A DNA stretch of 64,000 nt from Tubiluchus corallicola (GCA_030141605.1 JAQGDQ010000834.1:1-64000), one strand, 5' to 3'; positions 13,134 to 27,112 are shown, counted from the first letter of the stretch. Notes: generated from the sequence alone by a model not told the origin. Numbers and translations: made by a program.

Positions 13134-14111
13134 TGTATACAGATATATAACCGACGAGGATACAGCTCCGACGATGGCACCATTCTCGACGATCTATACG
13201 TCAAACGAAAGGTCTCCGCCCATAGGTTCGCAACTGGGGGTTTATTTTTCGAGCCCGCTGGGAGGAAGTTGTTATGAATATTTTAATAACAAACTTTTGC
13301 TCAAGAAACTGCTCAACGATTACTCAAGAAAAGCAGATTCACACATTTCGTAGATGTCTTCCTGTTAGTTTTAAAGATAAGATAGCCTTGGAGTTGAAAA
13401 GTGATAATACGAAGATCAAGATGGCTAGGATACATTTTAAGATTTCCAAGAATCGCCTTAAAGAAAACCTTAAGACCATGCTAAAAACCACCTGGCAAAA
13501 AAAACAATTTGGATTAATAAGATAAATAAGGATGTTCAACAATTTCAACTAAATATGTCTTTAGGAGTAGAAGAGCTTGCGATTTTAACTGCAGATAGAA
13601 GTGGGTGGAATACTCCAATAAATGTTGATACGTCAATGCCTACAACAGGTAGAATGAGACCTTGAAGAAGAAAAAGAAGAAGAAGAATTGAGTAAATTCA
13701 AGCAAAAGATCGCAACAATGTTTTTCTTTGATTGCTTTTGTAATAACTCTTTGATCTAATATTATACTTTATACGTTTTTAACGTCTAACAGTTTTGACG
13801 TTCTTTCAACGTGGTGCTTTAATGCGAACTTTGACTACATTGACTGCAACAATGACGACAATAACAAACAACAGTTATGGTAGTAGCAATTTTTAACAGT
13901 TTACATACAACTTGGAGAAAATTTTAATAGTATTTGTTTTATTAGTAATTGTTTTGTTTGTCTGTAGTGTCATTATATTTCAAAATTAAAATTACATGTA
14001 TGTTTTGTTTTCTTCTTACAATGTATGTATTATAGCCTAGTTGGTTAATATGTGCCAATTCGATGCCAATTTCTAAAATTTTGATTTTGCAAAAAAGGAC
14101 TCGTCCCTTCA

Positions 14112-14146
<35 letters not shown>

Positions 14147-14947
14147 CGTGCGTGCGTGCGTGTATACAGATATATAACCGACGAGGATACAGCTCCGACG
14201 ATGGCACCATTCTCGGCGATCTATACGTCAAACGAAAGGTCTCCGCCCATAGGTTCGCAACTGGTGGTTTATTTTTCGAGCCCGCTGGGAGGAAGTTGTT
14301 ATGAATATTTTGATAACAAACTTTTGCTCAAGAAACTGCTCAACGATTACTCAAGAAAAGCAGATTCACACATTTCGTAGATGTCTTCCTGTTAGTTTTA
14401 ACGATAAGATAGCCTTGGAGTTGAAAAGTGATAATACGAAGATCAAGATGGCTAGGATACATTTCAAGATTTCCAAGAATCGCCTTAAAGAAAACCTTAA
14501 GACCATGCTAAAAACCGCCTGGCAAAAAAAACAATTTGGATTAATAAGATAAATAAGGATGTTCAACAATTTCAACTAAATATGTCTTTAGGAGTAGAAG
14601 AGCTTGCGATTTTAACTGCAGATAGAAGTGGGTGGAATACTCCAATAAATGTTGATACGTCAATGCCTACAACAGGTAGAATGAGACCTTGAAGAAGAAA
14701 AAGAAGAAGAAGAATTGAGTAAATTCAAGCAAAAGATCGCATTAACGTTTTTCTTTGATTGCTTTTGTAATAACTCTTTGATCTAATATTATACTTTATA
14801 CGTTTTTAACGTCTAACAGTTTTGACGTTCTTTCAACGTGGTGCTTTAATGCGAACTTTGACTACATTGACTGCAACAATGACGACAATAACAAACAACA
14901 GTTATGGTAGTAGCAATTTTTAACAGTTTACATACAACTTGGAGAAA
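12958..14947. repeat. Local tandem duplication (12958-13920 and 14031-14947) with an inverted templated insert between copies
   Basis: Two near-identical 0.92-0.96 kb copies differing mainly in (GT)n length; 13917-14031 is the reverse complement of about 12618-12731. Confidence 0.95.
13335..13687 (+). mobile_element. RTE-type LINE 3' fragment (second copy at about 14362-14714)
   Basis: Frame-broken RWLGYILR ... ADRSGW, typical of RTE ORF C-termini, ending in a (GAA)n tail. Confidence 0.6.
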
Positions 14948-15374
14948 GCGTAACAGCACAACTTGCTTCTTTTACAAAAAAAGTAAAAAGTCAAAATTTA
15001 ATTTACAAATAATCATAAATTCACAAATAACATCACATAATCAAATAACACAAACATGAACGTTTTCGCTTTTTTCTGCTAGGAAACATTCGTTTGGAGA
15101 TGAAATCCTTCTTTACAAAGTTCTTCCAGCACTTTCCAGCCTAGAAACAATAAGAAACGATATTTCATCTTGCATTCAATTTTAATCAGTGTTTCCACAT
15201 AAGTGTTTACTATAAGCCTAAAAAGTGGCGTAGCTAATAGGGGAGCAAGGCGGGGAACCCCCCCCCCCCCCACTGAGCACATTTTTCGAAATTGGTGCCT
15301 TTTCAACAATGGAATCATTAATTTTATTTGACCAACCTGCCTCCCGTGTTTTTTTAATGAGCGTACGTTTCAGC

Positions 15375-15635
15375 AACTCATTTGTCAAGGTTGACTGATT
15401 GAGCCAAGAATCAAATTGTCCCAAATCTAATCATTATAATATATTTTTGTCACTCGATTGTCTAGACATGATTGTTTAGTAGTAGGCTTACTGATGCTTT
15501 TGCAATATATAATTATCAGTAAGCCTACTACTAAACAATCATGTCTAGATAATCGAGTGACAAGAATATACTATAATGATTAGATTTGGGACAATTTGAT
15601 TCTTGGCTCAATCAGTCAACCTTGACAAATGAGTT
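15375..15635. repeat. Long inverted repeat: 121-bp arms, 19-bp spacer
   Basis: 15375-15495 is the reverse complement of 15515-15635 with only a few mismatches. Confidence 0.95.
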
Positions 15636-15832
15636 TCAGTGTTTTTACGCTTTGTTATGCGTAATTACGTGTACGTATTATACATAATCAAAATACGCAA
15701 TTATATAATATAACAATTGTGTATTTCCTTTAAAACTGAATCGTCATTGTGTTTTGATTTTAAACACAAAATAGAAAACATAATCAGTGCCTTAAAAATT
15801 GCTTGGCATGTGTCGCGGCGCCCTTTTTATAT

Positions 15833-16210
15833 CCCCCTAACTATAAAACCTGGTTCTGCCACTGAGTGTAACTTTATGTAAAACTGATGAACCAGATTTG
15901 AAACTTGTATAAACTTCCTTTAATTCCCCCCCTAACTATAAAACCTGGTTCCGCCCCTGAGTGTAACTAATGTAAAACTGATGTACAAGATTTGAAACTT
16001 GTATAAACTTCCATTAACTCCCCTAACTATAAAACCTGGTTCCGCCTCTGAGTGTAACTAATGTAAAACTGATGTACGAGATTTGAAACTTGTATAAACT
16101 TCCATTAACTCCCCTAACTATAAAACCTGGTTCCGCCTCTGAGTGTAACTAATGTAAAACTGATGTACGAGATTTGAAACTTGTATAAACTTCCATTAAC
16201 TCCCCCTAAC
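15833..16210. repeat. About 91-bp tandem repeat, about 4 copies
   Basis: cccctaactataaaacctggttccgcc(c/t)ctgagtgtaact... recurs at about 15833, 15929, 16020 and 16111. Confidence 0.92.
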
Positions 16211-17135
16211 TTTTGCCAGTCAGCCTACGCATTTTTTGCCACAATTAGCGAGCGTTCTGTCCAGCTTTTTTGTGTGTATTTAATAGTCCCTGTACGAATG
16301 CTCTGATTATTTTTTTTAACTTTATGCAATGTTAACTAAACTCGTTTCTAACGACTTACCGTAAATGGCTGGGCTTAATTTTACAAGTTTTACTAACGCA
16401 AGGTCTTTGCAGAATAGAAGCATATGTATTTTGTTTAAAAATTGAAAACGATTTTTTTAAGCTTTATTAAGGGCAGGGCCAGATTATGACATTTGGGACC
16501 ACCGATCCATTCTCCACCAGCCAGTCTCTATTGCTTAACTTCGGTCGCCAAGCATGTCTTCTGGCCTCAGAATTATGGTAGATACAATTTTGTTAATATT
16601 GACCAACAAAGATGGAAAAAATACTTTTGCGGTAACCCAATATATAACAAACGAAATAATCATATCCCATAACAACGCTCTCACAGATGTGTCTCTTACT
16701 TCCAAACGACTGGACGTGTTTATCTTTTCATGAGACTCATCTTTTGCGCAAGTGACTTTTTAAAGCTTTTTTTCATTGCCTTTTTCTAGTGAAGTATGCT
16801 TGAACAACATCAAAGGCTATGCTTTACGGTGCTTCTCGCACTGGCTTCTTTGAATTTCATTTTATTCTGTTTCTTTGAGTAAGTAATTTTCGTCTTGTCT
16901 TATATTGGGTTTTACTAGTGACAGTTGCCAGCATCATTTCATTTCTTTTTCATTTAGATTCTCATATTAATTAACGTGTCCGATTTTTTTGGATATTTCG
17001 TTCTGTTTTATGAGATGTTTTGTCACTTTTGTGGCTGTCTGCTACAGCTAAAGGCAGGCTTCCTTATGAACTGGCTTCCACCACTGTGGCTTCCAGTCAC
17101 ATGTCATTTGTGCCGAGTGAGTTAAGACTTTAGTT

Positions 17136-17245
17136 GAGTTGAGGACCAAGTTGAATTGTTAATGAGTTGAGGACCAAGTTGAATTGTTAGTGAGTTGAGG
17201 ACCAAGTTGAATTGTTAGTGAGTTGAGGACCAAGTTGAATTTTTA
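17136..17245. repeat. 28-bp tandem repeat, 4 copies
   Basis: gagttgaggaccaagttgaattgttagt at 28-bp period. Confidence 0.85.
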
Positions 17246-17467
17246 GTTGAGTGCAGTTGGGGTTAATTGTGTCATGAATTTATGACGTCACTTCTGTTGC
17301 CAGTCGGTGAGTTGAGCGTTTATACATATTGAAACATTTGATTGTTCAGTATTTGGTTTGATTGCTCAATATTTGATTTAACGGACAATATTGATCTACT
17401 AGCAGTGGAATATAGAAAAATTTTACAGAAATCTCTTGATAACTTTAATAATCAACTCTTGAGTGCC

Positions 17468-17876
17468 TTTGAGCTCATTTGCGCTGAGTATTTAGATGTG
17501 CGGATCTGAGCTCATTTGCGCTGAGTAGATAGATGTGCGGATTTGAGCTCATTTGCGCTGAGTGGACAGATGTGCGGATTTGAGCTCATTTGATCTGAGT
17601 GGACAGATGTGCGGATTTGAGCTCATTTGCGCTGAGTGGACAGATGTGCGGATTTGAGCTCATTTGCGCTGAGTGGACAGATGTGCGGATTTGAGCTCAT
17701 TTGCGCTGAGTGGACAGATGTGCGGATTTGAGCTCATTTGATCTGAGTGGACAGATGTGCGGATTTGAGCTCATTTGATCTGAGTGGACAGATGTGCGGA
17801 TTTGAGCTCAATTGGTCTACGTGGACGGATGTGTGGGTTTGAGCTCGTTTGATCCACGTGGACGGATGTGCGGGTT
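17468..17876. repeat. 37-bp minisatellite (tttgagctcatttgcgctgagtggacagatgtgcgga), about 11 copies
   Basis: Direct reading; units diverge at both ends. Confidence 0.93.
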
Positions 17877-18171
17877 TTATCTGAGGGTTGTATTCAATTG
17901 AGTGTTTAACTGAGTTGAGTTTTGAGTTGAGTTAAACTGACTTAGGGTATTAAGACGTGTTAAGAACTGAGCTGAACAGATCCTGAGTGCTGAGGAGTGA
18001 CTTTGCCTGAAACTACGTGCTGAGGGTTGAGTTTGCCATACTTGAAAAATGGACTGAGTTTGCTGGTGAACTGCGTCGACTTTGTTTGACAATTAAGTTA
18101 AGCTGATGGCCGAGACGAGAGGAGGAAGCGGCGACTGTTATCCTGAGATGTGTGTCATCATCATCATCACC

Positions 18172-18422
<251 letters not shown>

Positions 18423-19759
18423 AAAAATAAGCATCGTCATCATCAGCATTACTCGAGATGAGCTGAGAGAAACAGTTGCTGGTTGAGAACTGATGTGGAA
18501 GTGAGTTAAGGATTGAAGAACTGATTACATTGGCCTGAGAAGTAATTTGGATTGATATCTACTGTACTGAAGCCAAGTCGAGCTTAGAGTCATGATGAAT
18601 TTTGAGATATTAATCTTATTTGGAACTGGAAGCTCATTAAAAATCTGCCATTATATGATTTGACAGCTGGAAGCTGGCAAATATCTTGTTGTCATTACGC
18701 AAACTACCTCTTTGCATTGACTGCATCATTCTTAGCCACTGGCTTCAAAGTTAATGTTATTAATCAGTAGTTTGTAATTATAGATCATGTTTATTATAGC
18801 GATTGTGGTTTGGATTTCAGTATTTTATATTATGTGAAGACCATATCCATCGGAATTCCAATAACCGGAGCTTTTCTTCTTTTGGCTACAATTTCAAGTT
18901 TTGTGTATAACGTAACGGAAGATGGTAAGGGCACCGGCTGCAAGAAATTTGCTGCGGATTTCTGCGGATTTTGAAAGATAAGATTAAAAAAAGTTAAAGT
19001 GGCACGTACAGTGGTAACACACCACAAACGCTTGATCAGAGCAAAGTTGGTAATAAAGTACAATAGGTTCTTCACGTTTCTGTTGAATATCACATCATGG
19101 GAGAGATTGGCTCATCCATCGCTATGCCTATGGATGAGTCGTCGAATGAACGAAAACAAGGGAAATGTGAGTGATTTCCTACTTTGAAGTTTAAAATCAT
19201 AAAATGATGACGACTCTATCGATAAAGACAATGACAACTACAGCGACAGCGACGACAATGACAACATTACAATAACAATGATAATAACAGCGGCGATGGC
19301 ATGTCAATTAAAATGGCAATGATGACGACGGCGACAATGGTAACATCAGAGAACGATGACAATAATACCAAGAACATTACCTAACCTAATTTTAAGAAGG
19401 CAGGTAATCATGTCTGCTTTATCATCCAGATGTGATTGATTAATTGATTGACTGATCCGAATCAAGTACCGCACCACAAACGCGAGCGGTTAGAAACTTG
19501 AAAGAAGGTGCAACTATAAGCTATCAACAATGTGTTTACTGTAGTGTTTTGTCGTTGTTAGGGATGGTGTACCAAACCCCCTGCAAAGCGAAAGCTACGG
19601 ATGCTGCATAAACCTAAAGGATTCTGGAAGTGTCTTTTACATAATCATTGTACCAAGATTTAAAGGACAGTTAAATTCATCTTTTATTTCAGCATAAATT
19701 GACATATAACCCACTAAAAAGAAATTACTATATACCCACAACACGTACAAAACACTCGA

Positions 19760-20290
19760 TTCACTAAGTACATGCAGCGACAAATGTTATCAAAAGCCAC
19801 CTACACCAAACAAAAAAGGCCAAATATTGTAAGGACAGTACGTACATGTTTTCTACCGAAAGGCTGCCACCTATTTTCAAACATATCTAAATCTTCTCTA
19901 AACAGGCTAGAAGTAGCCCAAAATTACGCTTTAAAACACCTTCACAACAATAGCGAAATATTCAGCCACAGAGAACAGGAAAAAAACTAAAAATACCCAC
20001 TGTAGAATTTCCAATATCATTCATTAATTTTTCTTTATAAATATTTAAATGATTTGATGCCAGCTTTCAGTGCCAATCAGCTTCAATTTACAATCGAAAA
20101 AGCGTTAAACCAAAGAATACACAGCATAAAACAAATAAACAAATAATAAATACAATTCTGTTTGCAAAGCGGCAATAAATACATGGAATGAGTGCCCACT
20201 TAATGTAAGATCTGTAGTGATTTAAAAAAAAATTCAAAAATGAACTGAAAAATACCATACTAGCCTTCAAAAAAACGTAATATGAAAAGA
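19760..20290 (+). mobile_element. Degraded LINE ORF2 C-terminal fragment(s)
   Basis: FSNISKSSLNRLEVAQNYALK and downstream WNECPLNVRS resemble the LQNxALR and WNSLP regions of non-LTR ORF2; frames broken. Confidence 0.45.
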
Positions 20291-23200
20291 TCAGATCACA
20301 CCTTATCCTTATTATCAACATTCACCCAGGGGTCTGTAGTCGTGGCAGATCAAAACCTCTCATGCTTTTACATCACATCAACAAATTTTAACCCACCACA
20401 CACACAAAACTCAAGTCACCAACACAAAACATCAATAAAGCACCGAATTTCAATTTCATACTATTTTGTAAATATAGTAAATGTGTTAAATTTCGGAGCT
20501 TATGTAATTAATTGCAGCCTCGCTTGTGTTTCTAATTGTAGATTGTAAAATAATCAGTTTTTGAATGTGTAGCTTACCGCTCAATGACGTGCAAGTATAC
20601 ATATGTACCCGAAAGGTATACCCTACCAGCAGAGCCAGACATGCTTAATCGAGCTAAAGCTCGGTCGACCAAATTAAAAATGTCTGACCTGTTATAACTT
20701 CAGGTAGTACGATTCACGTTTTTGAATTGTAGTAAAATCCTTTGAGGTATGTTTCTGCCAGCTACAGCACTCCTTGTGAACAAGACATTGGTTATTTGTC
20801 CAAATATCGTTTAGAAGAGAATTCAACACTGGTTAGTGTTTAACTAAAAAACTGTTTAATTTTTACAGAAGATGCTACTGCTACCTCAGACATGATAACT
20901 GGTTTGCGCAATGGCGTAGAAAGAGAAGACAGGTGATAATTTTTGTAGAACGTTCCGTTTCATTTTTTGCAAAGATTAAAAAAAGTATTTTATACCTAGC
21001 GGTGACAATGTCAATGATATTAGGCTAGCCTAAGCAATGACGACACAAGCGTCTAAACTTTTAACTCGACAGACTAGTGCCTACTGCAATAGGCGAAAAA
21101 AATGCCACTTATAACTGTGCTGAGCCAAATAGGAGACAAAAGAATTCATTAACCTCCTTCGTACTCATCGCCGTCAATGATGTGCAATGTTATAATGACG
21201 AAGCACGGTTATATTATGGAGGAAGCAACACTCCACTGTACCAGAATTAACAAAAGCAAGACAGATTTACGTATCGTGGATACCCAAAGGTCTACAAAGG
21301 GACTTTTGCGAGTAAAAAATCCGCCTTCCCGCTGTTCTTACTTTATTAACTAATACAGTATAACAAACAGTGTTGAATGTCCATATATGAATATAGATCA
21401 AAAACCAATTAATTTACATGAAGGTTTAGACTTACGATGCAGCTAAGCCAGAAAATTTTGAGAAATGTTGAATAAGACATACAGTCATCCACAAACATTG
21501 GGTGACGTCCAAATAAGGCCTGATGACGACACAAGAGTAGCTAGAAAATAAATATTTTTGCTTGCAGACTTCTGCATAGTCCCCCCCCCCCAACTCACAA
21601 TTTTTTTGTTCGGTGCCCTATTTGTTTAGGACGGTTCAATCTTTAGAGGTCATCATCTTCACAAGAATCGATGTAAAAGTCTAAGCTTAAACGTGATATT
21701 AACACGTACTCACATGCAAAAGGTTAAAATGTCCTTTGGGTCTCAAAAATAATCTTTATTTTCTGCACAAGTTTTCATCCCTCGCGGACTTAACAGCTAC
21801 AGAAAGAAATACATTAGTAAAAATACCATAATGCTTTCTAGAAAAACACAACCCACTTGTAACTGTGAAATGGTTAACATAAAGGTATTACGATTAGCAT
21901 TGCAGTTGTATTTAAACAACACTCAACACATATTCCGTGCATCTGATGAAATGATTGAGGAAGAAAAAGACTATTTTTGAGGCTTGAACAACATTTTGAC
22001 CTTTTGTTCTTTTGTGACAATAACAAGTTTCAGAAGAACACTAACTTATTTTCAAACACAAGTGTCTACATGCATTCCCAGATCGTGTACAGTTTTCAAC
22101 GTACGGGCTAGTTGTTGGGCAATGAGTTTGGCAAAGGGGGCTTATCCTGTGCGCCCTGTAGGAAAATATGGGGAATAATCCTTGCCGGTCTTTAGTGCTA
22201 CATCGATTACGCGGGAACATTTCGCATTAAAACGTGAAAACCTTGATTATGAACAAGGTTTTTACTGAGGATTACATAATGGAAGTTGAGAAAAACGCGC
22301 AATAGATGGCACAGGTGGGAAGCAGGCATTTTTATAGACTAGAACATGTGTTTCGAAGGCAATGTAGAAAAATCGGCTTCATTAAACCTAGTGTCAGCCC
22401 AGGCTCACGTCAAATTAAGAGAGTTTTGCTTTCGGCAGTGTAGATAACTATAATTAGTCATAATTTTTCTGCAAAGTTGCCGCTATATGAGACGGCGACT
22501 TTTTAAATGCTGTTATTCATGCATGTAGCCCCACACATGTATGGCTTTCTTTGTCGGCAACTTCTATTTTGTTTTAATTCTTCTGTCAAGGTCTATAAAT
22601 TTCAGTTTAATCAAATAATTAAATTGGGAAGGCGCCAGACGTGAGTTTGAATAAAAATGTTAGGTTAATACATGAAATTTGTAAAGTACGTGTATGTACT
22701 ATTTTCTTCTGAAGATGTATATTAATTTTGCAATTTCTTTTCTAGATTGCAAATCTATCGCGGAAAGAAGTGGTACCGTATGATGTGTTGGAAGTGACCT
22801 ATTGCGCCTTGCCCCTGGACAGATTTGATATACCGGATTTAGTTGTTTGTAAATAGTGTAAGTAGTTTTTAATAATTTTTTTCTTTTCGTGTTTGAACTA
22901 TTTGTAATTTTATCTTTCTGTAATTTTGCTGAACCTTATAGTTCTCCACTTATGCGTGCGTGAGTGTGTATGTGTGTAAAATGCGTGCATGCGTTTAAAC
23001 ACATTTATTCAGACACCAGGTGGAACAGGCGATCAGATGACTGTGGTGGCAGCACTGTTGGTACATTTGTGACGTTGCTGTATTGGCAATGTGTATTCTG
23101 TTTCTGTTGCACACAGTCTTGAATCAAACGTCTTATGGGCTTGTTTCATGTTGTAAAAAGAGATTTAGAAGGACAATAATACTGACAGTAAAAAATTAGT

Positions 23201-23642
23201 CCTAAACTGCTGTATAATTACGTAATCGCTGTTTTATTAGGAACACGAGAACTAACTGATACATTACATTATTAGACTATAGGCTCACAACTTCTCTTTC
23301 TTAATATGAACAGCGCTTAACATTTTGCTTAAAAAATCAATGTAAAATCTAGTACAATAGTTTAGTATAAAAAATTTCACGCTGCAAACAAGCAACGCGA
23401 TGCAGTGCGATTTTTTTTCCCACATTAACTCACTATTGAATGAGTGGATTTCACTAAAGTAATTCACAAGCTGTCTTTTAAAGGGAAACAAACTCAAAAC
23501 CGGCATATTCGTTAGTTACACGCGCTATAACAGTGGTCTCTAGTACATTTCAGTTTCTAATCCCCTCCTCCTCTGAGGTCCTAATCAGGTGCTTATTTCT
23601 CTTAATAAAAATACCGTCCTGCGTACCTTTAAAAAACACTGC

Positions 23643-25484
23643 ACCGTAATTCCGTAGCGTAACTGCAAAATCAAATCGTAAAGTACTAGCACGATAAAAT
23701 ATCATACCGTAATTCCGTACCGTAACTACAAAATCGAAGCTTAAAGTACTAGCACGATAAAATATCATACCGTAATTCCGTACCGTACCTACAAAATCAA
23801 ATCGTAAAGTACTAGCACGATAAAATATCATACCGTAATTCCGTACCGTAACTACAAAATCGAAGCGTAAAGTACTAGCACGATAAAATATCGTACCGTA
23901 ATTCCGTACCGTAACTACAAAATCGAAGCGTAAAGTACTAGCACGATAAAAATCATACCGTAATTCCGTACCGTAACTACAAAATCGAAGCGTAAAGTAC
24001 TAGCACGATAAAATATCATACCGTAATTCCGTACCGTACCTACAAAATCAAATCGTAAAGTACTAGCACGATAAAATATCATACCGTAATTCCATACCGT
24101 ACCTACAAAATCAAATCGTAAAGTACTAGCACGATAAAATATCATACCGTAATTCCATACCGTACCTACAAAATCGAAGCTTAAAGTACTAGCACGATAA
24201 AATATCGTACCGTAATTCCATACCGTACCTACAAAATCAAATCGTAAAGTACTAGCACGATAAAATATCATACCGTAATTCCATACCGTACCTACAAAAT
24301 CAAATCGTAAAGTACTAGCACGATAAAATATCATACCGTAATTCCATACCGTACCTACAAAATCAAATCGTAAAGTACTAGCACGATAAAATATCATACC
24401 GTAATTCCGTACCGTAACTACAAAATCAAATCGTAAAGTACTAGCGCGATAAAATATCATACCGTAATTCCGTACCGTACCTACAAAATCAAATCGTAAA
24501 GTACTAGCACGATAAAATATCATACCGTAATTCCATACCGTACCTACAAAATCAAATCGTAAAGTACTAGCGCGATAAAATATCATACCGTAATTCCGTA
24601 CCGTACCTACAAAATCAAATCGTAAAGTACTAGCACGATAAAATATCATACCGTAATTCCATACCGTACCTACAAAATCAAATCGTAAAGTACTAGCATG
24701 ATAAAATATCATACCGTAATTCCATACCGTACCTACAAAATCAAATCGTAAAGTACTAGCACGATAAAATATCATACCGTAATTCCATACCGTACCTACA
24801 AAATCGAAGCTTAAAGTACTAGCACGATAAAATATCATACCGTAATTCCGTACCGTAACTACAAAATCGAAGCGTAAAGTACTAGCACGATAAAATATCA
24901 TACCGTAATTCCGTACCGTAACTACAAAATCGAAGCGTAAAGTACTAGCACGATAAAATATCATACCGTAATTCCGTACCGTACCTACAAAATCAAATCG
25001 TAAAGTACTAGCACGATAAAATATCATACCGTAATTCCATACCGTACCTACAAAATCAAATCGTAAAGTACTAGCACGATAAAATATCATACCGTAATTC
25101 CATACCGTACCTACAAAATCAAATCGTAAAGTACTAGCACGATAAAATATCATACCGTAATTCCATACCGTACCTACAAAATCGAAGCTTAAAGTACTAG
25201 CACGATAAAATATCATACCGTAATTCCGTACCGTAACTACAAAATCAAATCGTAAAGTACTAGCACGATAAAATATCATACCGTAATTCCATACCGTACC
25301 TACAAAATCGAAGCTTAAAGTACTAGCACGATAAAATATCGTACCGTAATTCCATACCGTACCTACAAAATCAAATCGTAAAGTACTAGCACGATAAAAT
25401 ATCATACCGTAATTCCGTACCGTACCTACAAAATCAAATCGTAAAGTACTAGCACGATAAAATATCGTACCGTAACTCCGTACC
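23643..25484. repeat. 63-bp minisatellite, about 29 copies
   Basis: accgtaattccgtaccgtacctacaaaatcaaatcgtaaagtactagcacgataaaatatcat head-to-tail; produces the 21-aa-repeat 525-aa ORF. Confidence 0.97.
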
Positions 25485-25834
25485 AAGTTCATGTAGGATC
25501 TACTATAAAAAGATAAAGTGTGGCATTAAAGTTAATTGCAAAAACAATAAGTTTATCAATTAATGTTAAATTTATGCATACTATAAAAACACTTTAAAAC
25601 AGAACTACTGTTTGAATTTCCATACTATTTATTTTGGGTTACTTTTTATTTATCATTATTACTACGAGTAAATTATACCTAATTGTCTTGAGGAGGCTTA
25701 TTTTTAGGAATCTTATAACACTGAGTTTTATTCTATCACTCCTGAGAAGTCTGTGCTCACAAAGAAATAATTATTCATAAAAAAAATACCATTAAAGTGA
25801 TAAAGTCTAAAAAAAGAAAGGACATGTGAGATAC

Positions 25835-26800
25835 ATTGTGATGTTCGTCCTTCGAATCGAAGCTGGCCATAATGACAGGGATAAAAGGTCAGTTTGGGGG
25901 GTTGTCATTCCTTTGATGAGCTCGAGGGTGACTGACTAGGCCAATTCTGGCCTGGAACCTTCTTTGGCATTTGGTACAGATGAGGCTGGGTGTTTGGACC
26001 TGTTGTTGAGCAGTGTCACATGCCTTGCGTCTCATGCTGTAGCGGATAGCCCTATAGGCTGAATAGGCTGAAGCCTAAGGCCCGGGATCAAAAGGGGCCC
26101 GGCAAAATAAAACGAAAAAATTTTATTTTGTAAAAAAAAATAAATTGACAAAAGAGCAAAGGGCCCGCCAAAATAAACTATAGAAAAAAGTTTTTTTCAA
26201 ACGTCAGTCACTAACTATATTTCAAATCGGGTTTACACAAATCAAGTTTACACAATTTAAGTTTACACAATTCAAGTTTACACAATTCAAGTTTACACAA
26301 TTTAAGTTTACACAATTCATGCTCACACAGTTTAAGTTTAAGTTCAAAATTTCAGTTTCCGAATTTTTCTGGGGGCAAAGTCAGTTATAATTTCTGAAAA
26401 GTCAATTTTTTTTAACATATCTGACTCAATATGCATCAGTGATAAATTGTTTAATTTGTCATCCTTTAGAGAACAAAAACACGTCAGCTCAGCAGTGTAG
26501 CAACATCTAAAAGGCCCGTTCCAAGCTCAAGCCTAAGGCCCATAAAATCATAACCCGCCGCTGGTCTCATGCGCTTCTCCTCTGCCTCCTCAATTCTTTT
26601 CGCCTCTGCTGTCTTAGCCCCTGTGGTGATGGCACTCCGCCATGCTGAGCTCCTTGAGTGAGGCCTTCAGGCTGTCTTTGAGGCGTTTCTTTGGTCGTCG
26701 AACCTTTCTCTTTCCAGACACAAGTTCTCCATAGAGCATCTTCTTCGGATTTTCCTCAGACAGCCCATGTGAAAGTGGTTAAGCTGTTTTACGTGTCTCG
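25835..26800 (-). mobile_element. RTE-clade LINE 3' fragment, internally deleted and split by a hAT-like MITE
   Basis: Minus strand reads HVKQLNHFHMGCLRKI, KKMLYGELVSGKRKVRRPKKRLKDSLK, then past the insertion CTKCQRRFQARIGLVSHPRAH (C-terminal C2H2 finger of RTE ORFs). Confidence 0.85.
26037..26563. mobile_element. hAT-like MITE with perfect 8-bp TSD
   Basis: GTCTCATG at 26029-26036 and 26564-26571; degenerate TIRs ctgtagcggat/acccgccgctg; subterminal gcctaaggccc motifs; internal 15-bp tandem repeat. Confidence 0.85.
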
Positions 26801-27112
26801 ATACATTGTAGTAAAGTGTCAGAAAAACCACATCGAAAATTCGTTAATACAGGTAATGTATTGATAAGCACATTTCACCTAAAGCAGATAATGACTTGAA
26901 TCGTACATATTAATATAGAAAAACTATAGGAAAACATTCAACTACACGTATTTGCTTACATGTTAATGAAAAGAATGCTAAAACACTGACATTCATTTAT
27001 AAAACGCATTCCGCTGTTACTACGGAAAAACCTAAGCTAACAATAATCATAATAACCACGTGAGTAAAGGTAAATCCATCTGCGTTCATTGTTAATTCAA
27101 CGTTCTCCTTAC

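Noticed and set aside
12899-14575. Duplicated small ORFs that look like a gene pair
   Set aside because: They span microsatellite, a repeat core and an RTE relic inside the local duplication.
23915-25492. 525-aa repeat protein as a real gene
   Set aside because: Coincides exactly with a 63-bp satellite, is frameshifted in distal units and has no unique domain; kept only as a low-interest note.
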